From assembly GCF_963921235.1 (NCBI RefSeq), contig NC_086108.1:32614001-32678000 (forward strand): a stretch of 64,000 bases of DNA. The letters are read 5' to 3'. Numbering within the stretch: position 1 is the first letter of the stretch; every line of letters starts with the position of its first letter. Of this stretch, positions 52,101 through 59,667 are shown piece by piece. The notes beneath the pieces are model-generated. The model was given only the letters and a program-made list of their open reading frames with translations. It was not told where the DNA came from and made no database searches. The translations under genes were made by a program, and so were the position numbers. This stretch comes from Mobula hypostoma. Lineage: Eukaryota.

Positions 52101-55100
52101 GATTGGGAAGGAGGAGGGGCGGGGCCCTGGACACGGGACTGGGGGCTCCGAGCTGTAGTGGTGGCCTGAGTGAGAGAGGAGTTGGCAATCAGGCCCGAGG
52201 TATCCCTAGTAGTGTCTGAGCCTTTTGGGTTTAGGCGAGGGATTACGGAGGTCTCAGAGGGTTAAGAAGCTCCCAGATAGGTTGGCCTATGGAGCGCCCG
52301 TGGGACGGGAGTAAGGTCCACTGTTTGGGGAGCACTGTCACTGTGTGTATCTGTGTATGTGTGTGTTGTGTGTCTGTAGGACTGGGTGGCGACTTATTTA
52401 TAAGTCATGAGGACATGACTTTATTTGGTGGGGGGAGAGTGTCAGGGGGTTTCGATTTTTATGTTACTGCGGCAGCTAATTAAAATGGCGTCTTTGTTAT
52501 GTTAATCTGGGGAATGCGGCTTTGTTGTGTTAAACACTGAGAAAGTTTGCGCTAACAGTTTGTTTTTGCTTTACAGTCTAATAAGAGGGTGCTATTAACC
52601 AATTGGGATAGTTGTTATGGTTCTGGTGTATTTGAAGATACTGTATGCGCGGGGTTTTGGGGCAGAAGGCGGGAGAGCGAGACAGAGGATGGACGAGGTG
52701 CTGTGAGTCCGCTAACGGGGTCGGACCCCGAGCGGGACGTTCGGCGAGGAGACGGAGACGGACTCGTGTGGAGCGTCTGGTCGACCACCGTTGTTGGTCC
52801 CAGGCGGCCGGTCGAGGTGGTCCGAGGGTCGCAGGGTGAAGAAGAAGGTCCTTGAGCTCCAACGGTTTTGTGCACGAAAAGATTGAACTTTGATAAGTGT
52901 GGCGCCTTTTTTTCCCCTTTTATATTTTATTCTCTTTTAATTATATAGTTCCAGTAATATCTATAAATTGTAAATCATTTAATTGCATCTGGTGTATTGT
53001 CTGTTATTTGGGCGGGGTGGGGTACCTCACACAGCATCCACACAAACGAATTATCCAGTTTCGCGGGGCCGAGGCTGTTTCCCTAGACGACAGCGAGCCG
53101 AGCGACCCTGAGGGTGGCCAGGGGGGCTACAAACACAACACAAAATGCTGGAGGAACTCAGCAGGCCAGGCAGCATCATGGAAAAGAGTAAACAGTCGAT
53201 GTTTTGGGCTGAGACACTTCATCAGGACTGGATGAAGTGTATCAGCCTGAAACATCAACTGTTTACTCTTTTCCATAGACGCTGTCTGGCCTGGTGAGTT
53301 CCCCCGACATTTTGCATCTGATCCTTAGATTTCCAGCATCTGTTGATTTTCTTAGTTTTGACATTTAGAACCAAAGCCATTGTTGATTGTAGAACATTTT
53401 AGGTTTCATAAGTGGAATCAAAAAGAAAGGGAGTCCATTTCAGTGCATGTGGCTGAATTGCAAAGACTGCCTGAGCATTGTCAGTTCAGTCATGGGCTTA
53501 ATGATAGCTTGTGGAATCTTAAAAGAAAGCATTCGAAAACAGCTCCTAACTGAAACACAGCTTACATTGAAATGAGCAGTGGAAATTGCTGTTTCAATGG
53601 ACACTGCAGACAGAGACACAGTCAGGAACAAAAGTGAACATGAATAGAATTGCAGCATTGTAACGTAGAATCAGGTTCGCGGGTCTGGTGAGTGAAACAG
53701 AAAACACTGACTTCGAATAAATATATTAATCATTTATTTACAAACAGTTAAAATTCGACCAAACATTCACATTCCCCAAGTTACAGAAACTATAAAGCTG
53801 AATATTCAACAAATATACATTCAACAAACATACTTAGCTAAAAGCGTGCGCAAAGCATATCTTCCCAATGGTCATGTGCACCACTTGCCTTAAACAAAGG
53901 AAGAGACAAAGAACCTCCCACACGTTCTCTCTATACATCCAGTATATTGGGAATGGGACACCAACCGGCTAACCAATGGGAAAAGCAGCTGCAGTTTCTA
54001 AACTAACCAATCCTGACAAAGTGCCTTTTGAAAATCAGAATAAACTATGCCCTCCGCCTCACCCCCTCATAGGACAAGCGACTCAACAGAAATCAGCCTG
54101 GCCAAACAAATTGTGTCGCCGTTGTGGCATGGGCTCCCATAAACCAAAGAAATGTAGGTTTAAAGACAAAACATAGAAAATACAACAAAGTAGGACAAAT
54201 ACAAAGAGTTTGTTGGGCAGACAACAATAAAAGGAATGTCCAGGGAAGAGAAAAATCTAAGAAGTCAAGTTGCAGTTTCAAAAAGAGCACTAATCTGTGT
54301 GCTGTTGACAAAAAAAAATCTGATAATGATGAAAGTGACTCAGGATTGTGCAGTCTTAAGATTTACAATGTGAAAATTAATAATAGAAAGCAATATGGCT
54401 TATACCAGAAGAGAAGGACAAATTAATTAAAATGAAATTAGATACTGGCTCAGCTGTTTCAGTCATTCCACAAAATGAGTTTGAGCGACATTTCAAAGAT
54501 ACCAAACTGAAGCCTGCAGATATCCAATTAAGAACTTATACTGAAGAAAAAAATAACTCCCATGGGAATGACATTTGTAACTGTGAAATACAAGGACCAT
54601 AGTTAGAGCCATGAATGGCTGAGACAACTACAACTTGATTGGAGACCCATCCACTATTTGCATGTCACATCCTCCGCAATGAAGCCATCTGAAAGCAAAT
54701 TAAGGAAGGTACCGGATGATGCCACAGCTCTCTCCATGCTGTACACTATGAACACTCGTCCAAAAGAGGACAAATAGGCATTGGTGCCAACCTGTGTGTG
54801 CCTCTAGTTGGAAAGCATATTGGATCAGAGAAGGACCACGCTGCTCAGAGGAACTGTGAAAGTGATGAAGGCACAGGTCCGACAACACAGTTTTTCTACG
54901 CGACATATCCGAGAAAGCTTCTGATATGTTAATCAGACAGATACTTGTGAAATGTGGCTTAGTGTTACGCTGGAAGGGAGTTCAAAGAGCTTCAGAAAAG
55001 TTGCAAGCATTCAGCTTTTGTGTGTATCAAGATCTAGAATCTACTCTGCATGCATTAAGGATATTGCACGAACTTCAAGTGGGAGACAAAAAACTGCTTG

Positions 55101-58100
55101 TAAAAGTAGATGCAAAGGCCAAAAGTCCAGCTGGATGAATCAAAGGCCAAAAAGAAAGAAATCAATAGAGATATGACAACCGAGGGTTTGTCAGAGGATG
55201 TTGTGGTTGGGGAAATGGAGAGGAGAGATCAGATCATAAAGGGAGCAATAGAACAATTAATAAGAAAATATTCCAGTGAACTAAATGGACCTTCCTAAAA
55301 TCAAGGTGCACAATCTAGAACAAGAAAAAGGAGGTGACCGAGAAAGGGAAAGGCATGAGAGGGAGTGGCGTGAAAAAGAATAGGAACATGAGAAAGAAAA
55401 AGAAAGGGATTGAAGTAATTCCAGAGAGGAAAAAGGAGAAGAAAGGTGTGCAGAGCTGTCAGAAATATTTCCTACAATATCAGAATCTTACAACCAACAC
55501 AGAGGAGGCCCCAGAGTCTGAGATTGCTTTCACGGCCACAAGTCCCATCTGCCAAGCAGAGTGATCCCTGTTTCAGGAAAGACGTTATTCGGCAAGAGTA
55601 AGAAATCCTCCACAGTGATAAAATATTTAGGCTTGAGTGGGACAATTTAAAATTTACAGTGCTGTGGATGTCCATGTATAGTAGTTGTATGACATAGTAC
55701 ACTGTGTATATAGTTAAGATGCGTTCTTTATTGAGTTGGAGTTTATACCTAAACAGGAAGGAGTGTGGTATAGTTAATATTTATGTATATATATACACAG
55801 TTGCATATGTCAACATACTACCACATGATACGTGTGTGCCTTGCTCGAAGTAAAGACGAAGCCAGACCTGCTTTCCCAGACTCCCAGGTTTCCTCTGAAT
55901 TAATTTAAGATTCTGATGTTATAACAGACAACAGATAACTTTCCTCAAAAATGGATGTAAATCTTACCGCAAATCGTATATACTTCCTCAGATTGAAATG
56001 TGTAGCATACAGGACCAAATACTTCATAACTTTGGAGTGATGCATATAGTTTGAACAATTGTCAGGAAATGGAAAGTCGCTGTAGCACATCATCTCTTTA
56101 GAGGTATTGCTGACCAGCGACTTATAGATGCTAGCACTCCCATCTGTTATTTTTTCCTGAATAAAGTTAAAAGAATACACTGATTAGCAAGTTAATACAA
56201 AATTACTAGTGTGATTCACCCCACCCTCAAATCAGTTCTCCAGAAAATCGGTCACTTTGTTTTGAGAATGAAAGTTTTATGCAGATTTTCCTTGTACCTC
56301 TGTCTCAAAGGAACGGCAACTAAGACTGCAATTTCTCTGAGCCACAATAACCAGACTGTTCATGGTGTGAGCTGTAATCACAGTATGGCTTGGATTTTGC
56401 TTGGCTTTAGTTCACTTGCAGATTGTTGGCAAATCCAAACACAAAAGATGTCAAAATTGCTGACAGATTCCTGTGGACAAAACCAATCGTTACACTCAGT
56501 TGTTGGTCGTATGTACAGAGTCCTGCAGTGTACTGCAAACAGACTGCAATTGCCCAGTATTTAAAATCTGCTCATTGATTGCACAACATGCACAGGATCC
56601 AAAAGCCCAGTGCATTAATGGAAATTTCACAGCAGAAATCATGAAAGCTAAATAAATAAAGGGAATCCATCTATTTTCTTAATTCATTTTTGTTCTTTAA
56701 GAGTTGTCTCAAATAACTGGTTGTCTCAATTAACCAATGGCCCAATTAACTGGAATTCAATGTATTTTCAAAGGCATCAATCCAATGTCAATTATTCTTT
56801 CTCTTGGAGGAAAGAAAATCTTTTGTCATTTTTATCCTTGTTTGGTAGCCGCAGCTTAAATTTTGCTAGGTCTTTGCGTTACACAAATACAACAGTTGGG
56901 AATTCTAACTTCAAGGAAGGTGGAGGGAAGAAGATCTTGACAATGTTAACTTCTGACTCTGGATCCACAACAAGAAGAGAATGCGACTTGACTTAAACAT
57001 TTCAGTTTTGCCTCTGGATACATTGAGCGTCTTCCTGTACTTACTATAGCCAATAAGTGTCCACTAGGTACACGTTCATGGTCTTCTAGTGCTGTAGACC
57101 ATCCACGACAAGGTTCAACATGTTGTGAGTTCAAAGATGCTCTTCCGGACACCACTGTTGAAAACCATGGTTATTTGGGTTGCAGTCACCTTTGTGTCAA
57201 CTTGAACCAGTCTGGCCATTTTCCTCTGACAAGGCATTTTTGCCCACAGAGCGGCAGCTCAGTCGATGTTCTTCGTTTTTCGCGCCATTCTCTGTAGACA
57301 CTGGAGACTGTTGTGTGTGAAAATCCCAGGAGACCTGCACCTTTTGAGATACTCAAACCACCCCATTTGGCACCAACAATCATTCCACGGTCAAAGTCAC
57401 TTAGATCACATTTCTTCCCCATGCTGATGTTTGCTCCGAACCTCTTGACCATGTCTGCAAGCTTTTATGTACTGAGTTGCTGCCACATAATTTGCAGATT
57501 AGATATTTGCATTAATGAACAGGTATACAGGTGTACCTAATACAGTGGCCACTGGGTGTATATTTCCAATACTTTTAAATGCAGAACAGGTGTGCATAAT
57601 TTGTGAAATATTCAGCAAACTGTGCTTCAGTGTGCAGGGCACCAACAAAGTACAGTTAACAGAGACCACCCTCCACTACCTACATACTGTGTTCTCTTTG
57701 TGCTCCCATTGCAAAACCAAGGTTCTCAGTCCCATTTTGAATGGAATGCTATTGGACTCCTCAATGTAAATATTCATCCTAAATTGTCAAACCCAAACAA
57801 TGAGAATTCCATAGTTTTGGATCGTTATCACATTGTACCTCTGACAGGTGACAGTGTTACACAATCCTGGAATTATATTCCCTCGTCACAATGAAGCTTC
57901 ATTGTGAGAGCTGAATAGAGAAGTGGGGAGTCAAGTTCGAGAATTACTCAGACATAAAGTTAAAAATCAAACCCACAGTCAATCCAAACCAATTTGAAAA
58001 CTATAGGAATTTGCACAAAAACAGTAAATGATTTGTTGTGCTAAACAAACTTTGTCCTGGGACACAGAACAGCTACCAACTTGAATATCTTCATTCAAGA

Positions 58101-59667
58101 TGGCGCCAGCGAACAATGATTCCTTGGGCAACATCTTTCGGATAGGTAATCTCTTCAATCATTTCACTTTCTCTATGTCTTGTGATTGTTCTTTTAGTCT
58201 TGATTGTGTTACGGAAACTATTGGAGCCTGCGACATGTAGTTTGGAATTCGATTGAATGTTCTAGTACTCTTGATAAGTCCAGAGAGGACCAAGAGCACA
58301 AGCTGCAATGTGGAAACGATCAGAGATGGTGCGTGGGGCCATGATCAACTCCATTTCGAAGCGCTGAGGAAGATTGAAGCACCGAGGCGAGGGAGGTCGG
58401 CAGTCACTCTCCACAGAGGCCACGGGATCGACAGCGGTTGGCAGCCCGAACGGCAGCTTTCAGACCCAGCACAGTGGTTGCTCTTCACAGAAGGACTGAG
58501 TTCGTGCAGCCACTCTCCTCGATGCTGACAGGAGGATGTTTTCAAAAATCAGAGACTTATGTGATTATTGGACTGTACTTTATATTGGTCTCCTTCAGGT
58601 TTAGGTGTGTTCTTTCTTGTTGCCGGCTGGCAGATGGGTGATATGTTATTTTTTGTTCAAGGGTGGGGTTGGGGTTTTGATGCTATTATCACTATTCTTT
58701 CCTGTGAGGGAGCAGGTTGGGGGTTTCATGTTATTGTCACTTTCTGTTTGTGAGGGAGGGGTTGGGGGTTTGGGGTTTGATGTTCCAGCTACAATTTTCC
58801 ATGTGGGCAATCTATTAGTTTTCGTGCGAGGAAGAGGGTGGGGGGTTTTGGGGTTTGCAAGTTTTGTTCCTTTTTCATTTTCGTGTTGGGGGAGGGAGAC
58901 TGATATTTTTTCTTTCAACCACTCCCATGGTTTTTCTGTACTTTGTGGCTATCTTTGACAATAAAATGAACCTTTAAATAAATGATTCAAAGTTGAGAAA
59001 GTACTGAGTTAGTTTGGTAAAACATGACTTAAACTGAACTAACAATTTCAACCCCAAAGCAAGTCATCAGGATCCCTTGAGACTGGATAGCTGAGCACCA
59101 GGTAGAAAAGTTAATACACATAAGAATAAAATTTTTGTGGAGTTACACCCACTTTAAATTGATCTCAGTGAAAGCAGATTTTTTAAAGTGCAAATGTTGG
59201 GTATGTGGAATAAAAGCAGAAGGTGTGCAAACACTCAGCAGGGCAGGCAGCATCTGTGGAAAGAGCAATACAGTTAACATTTCAGGTCAGGGATTCTTCA
59301 ACAGAACTAACTTTGTGGAAACTCACTTAATCCCACAGGATTACTCAATAACAAGTAGGTTTCATTAGTGTCTAGGGGTTCATGCTGTTACCATATCTGA
59401 TTAGGGCTCCCAGGCCCGAAACATTATCTGTTTTCCTTTTCACAAATGCTGCCTGATTTGCTGAGTATTTTCTGTTTTTATTGGCAAAGGCTGGCATTGA
59501 AACACCAAAAAACCTAATAAAACACCCAAACGTACCTGAAAGTTCCAGAGCCCTCCAATGTCGTTGCTTTTTTCAAAGCATACGGGCTCCAAGTCTTCAT
59601 CCAAACAGCATTTTATACATGCTAGCCCACTGGCTCCAGCCCCAATGATAGCGACTCGCTTGGCCAT
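33471..59667 (-). CDS. fmo5: Flavin-containing monooxygenase, FMO5-like; 8 coding exons, 1593 nt, 530 aa, apparently intact
   Basis: Exons 59667-59536, 56156-55968, 45798-45633, 43546-43404, 40364-40177, 38541-38189, 35381-35309 and 33819-33471 (132+189+166+143+188+353+73+349 nt) join in frame across GT-AG introns. Motifs present: GAGASG (FAD), [11 protein letters not shown] (FMO fingerprint), GIGSSG (NADPH), FATGY and a hydrophobic C-terminal anchor. GYPAD, SQHP and SQRHTIQ resemble FMO5. The paralog assignment is from recalled sequences, not a tree. Confidence 0.93.
35309..35381 (-). CDS. fmo5: FMO coding exon 7 ([23 protein letters not shown])
   Basis: ttgtag| acceptor, AG|gtatt donor; 73 nt with the phase 1-to-2 change needed to join the flanking exons. 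Confidence 0.92.
36155..38070 (-). mobile_element. Decayed Rex1-type LINE with a second Rex1 3' fragment nested at about 36795-37420
   Basis: Translations [44 protein letters not shown] and [12 protein letters not shown]. Confidence 0.75.
37139..37167. repeat. (TG)14 microsatellite
   Basis: Direct reading. Confidence 0.95.
38189..38541 (-). CDS. fmo5: FMO coding exon 6 ([19 protein letters not shown]...FATGY...[12 protein letters not shown])
   Basis: ttttcag| acceptor, AAG|gtattc donor, 353 nt. Confidence 0.95.
39810..39845 (+). ncRNA. Minimal type I hammerhead ribozyme motif in a Penelope terminal repeat
   Basis: AGTC-CTGACGA-A-GGGT(TTAG)GTCC-GAAACGT-C-GACT: intact core, helix I AGTC/GACT. 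Confidence 0.7.
40177..40364 (-). CDS. fmo5: FMO coding exon 5 ([15 protein letters not shown]...[13 protein letters not shown])
   Basis: ttgcag| acceptor, AG|gtctgt donor, 188 nt. Confidence 0.93.
40550..41130. mobile_element. Penelope-like 3' fragment with an inverted terminal piece
   Basis: Translation [11 protein letters not shown]; terminal repeat present in both orientations; degenerate hammerhead at about 41059-41095. Confidence 0.75.
42220..43015. mobile_element. Tigger/pogo-like non-autonomous DNA transposon, 796 bp, inserted in a CR1 fragment
   Basis: TA|cagtggattccagttaattggg ... cccaattaaccagaatccactg|TA. Confidence 0.85.
43404..43546 (-). CDS. fmo5: FMO coding exon 4 ([15 protein letters not shown]...[23 protein letters not shown])
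   Basis: ccag| acceptor, CAG|gtgag donor, 143 nt; FxGxxxHxxxY fingerprint and second Rossmann motif. Confidence 0.95.
43905..44212 (+). mobile_element. CR1 3' fragment
   Basis: Translation [28 protein letters not shown]. Confidence 0.85.
45633..45798 (-). CDS. fmo5: FMO coding exon 3 ([22 protein letters not shown]...[17 protein letters not shown])
   Basis: ctctag| acceptor, G|gtgagt donor, 166 nt; absent from the ORF track and translated by hand. Confidence 0.95.
46540..47710 (+). mobile_element. Rex1-type 3' fragment with a nested non-autonomous repeat ending in (TAATC)n at about 47490-47520
   Basis: [26 protein letters not shown] remnant; tail aataaaagagg...taatctaatc. Confidence 0.6.
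49059..49747 (+). repeat. 5' LTR of the inner element
   Basis: tgtaaggg...agctata; by manual count about 22 substitutions and 2 indels versus the 3' LTR (roughly 96-97% identical). Confidence 0.95.
49751..49769 (+). promoter_or_regulatory. Primer binding site, tRNA-Pro-like
   Basis: tgtgggctttgtccgggat versus the canonical tRNA-Pro PBS TGGGGGCTCGTCCGGGAT; 3 nt downstream of the LTR. Confidence 0.75.
51315..52052 (+). CDS. Chimeric ORF (245 aa): captured sarcomeric myosin heavy chain rod segments (MYH16-like) plus a retroelement-derived tail
   Basis: [70 protein letters not shown] and [11 protein letters not shown] match recalled myosin rod motifs (LDDLQAEEDK..LTK, KARRKxExDLKMTI, RLEEAGGATSAQIEM..EAELxKLRRELEE, KKLAxRLQEAE). 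Expression is unknown. Confidence 0.75.
   Translation: METQVVNLNETQGREGVCTALRSYTDELIQREETMTRLRRDQQKLKTSIQNRLEDLQVGEDHGSVLTKVNRKPRAQGGEFDYTPEEVKKWRTDLGKGRRTLERNLKMTIASLNEVEKLNVDLEDALRKKQPEAEHSLTAAFQVRVEEAGGVTASQIEMARNPESELRRLWRELKESPKKLTSRLQEAEGVAPANWFSLEELKQQLSIEGMRKDTGSKDDVLHMWNMLPFANFPVIEEETFGPSPT
52427..52439 (+). promoter_or_regulatory. Polypurine tract of the inner LTR element
   Basis: ggtggggggagag lies immediately before the TG of the 3' LTR. Confidence 0.85.
52440..53131 (+). repeat. 3' LTR of the inner element
   Basis: tgtcaggg...ggctaca followed by the TSD aaca. Confidence 0.95.
53132..53359. mobile_element. Hairpin mini-element made of two inverted Penelope terminal repeats; its left edge (49053-49058) lies beyond the inner LTR element
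   Basis: Inverted copies of the Penelope end meet at about 53230; 11-bp TSD gacatttagaa at 49042-49052 and 53360-53370. Confidence 0.75.
53659..54076 (-). mobile_element. Probable solo LTR (418 bp) inserted in the outer Gypsy gag
   Basis: TGT...ACA ends, minus-strand AATAAA near 53733, imperfect 5-bp flanks agcat/agcga; the gag sequence resumes on both sides. Confidence 0.62.
54778..55437 (+). pseudogene. rbm25: Intron-less RBM25 (RNA-binding motif protein 25) fragment: RRM plus start of the RE/RD-rich region; frameshifted
   Basis: [122 protein letters not shown] closely tracks vertebrate RBM25. Confidence 0.9.
55968..56156 (-). CDS. fmo5: FMO coding exon 2 ([31 protein letters not shown]...YIRFA)
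   Basis: tcag| acceptor, |gtaag donor, 189 nt, conserved SNTSKEM motif. Confidence 0.95.
57035..57560 (-). mobile_element. Tc1-like transposon remnant (N-terminal HTH only)
   Basis: Translation [42 protein letters not shown]; terminal TA-cacccagtggccact on the minus strand. Confidence 0.82.
58097..58978 (+). mobile_element. Probable non-autonomous LINE derivative (Rex1-like ends)
   Basis: caagatggcgcc start, GT-rich body, end gacaataaaatgaacc. Confidence 0.45.
59536..59667 (-). CDS. fmo5: FMO coding exon 1 ([15 protein letters not shown]...GGLWNFQ)
   Basis: Acceptor ttgttag precedes 59673, ATG at 59667, donor CAG|gtacg; 132 nt. The acceptor implies an upstream non-coding exon. Confidence 0.95.

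Larger units (their letters stand above)
49059..53131 (+). mobile_element. Young non-autonomous Gypsy LTR retroelement (4073 bp) carrying a myosin fragment
   Basis: LTR pair 49059-49747 and 52440-53131; 4-bp TSD aaca; PNMA-like gag remnant ([25 protein letters not shown]); dead protease [11 protein letters not shown] remnant [30 protein letters not shown]. Confidence 0.93.
48820..55926 (+). mobile_element. Outer decayed Gypsy (K02A2.6-like) LTR retrotransposon, split by nested insertions; most of pol replaced by RBM25 sequence
   Basis: gag reads [29 protein letters not shown] across the insertion; zinc knuckle [14 protein letters not shown]; protease [12 protein letters not shown]; integrase tail [17 protein letters not shown] aaacaggaaggag, then a TG..CA 3' LTR at 55764-55926. 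No 5' LTR recognised. Confidence 0.82.

Noticed and set aside
49196..53235. Duplicated ORFs in the track (e.g. 49204-49455 and 52589-52855) suggesting a tandem gene pair
   Set aside because: They are incidental frames within the two LTRs of one retroelement.
54926..55298. Functional RBM25 gene
   Set aside because: It has frameshifts, a stop codon and no introns, lacks both termini including the PWI domain, and is embedded in a Gypsy element.
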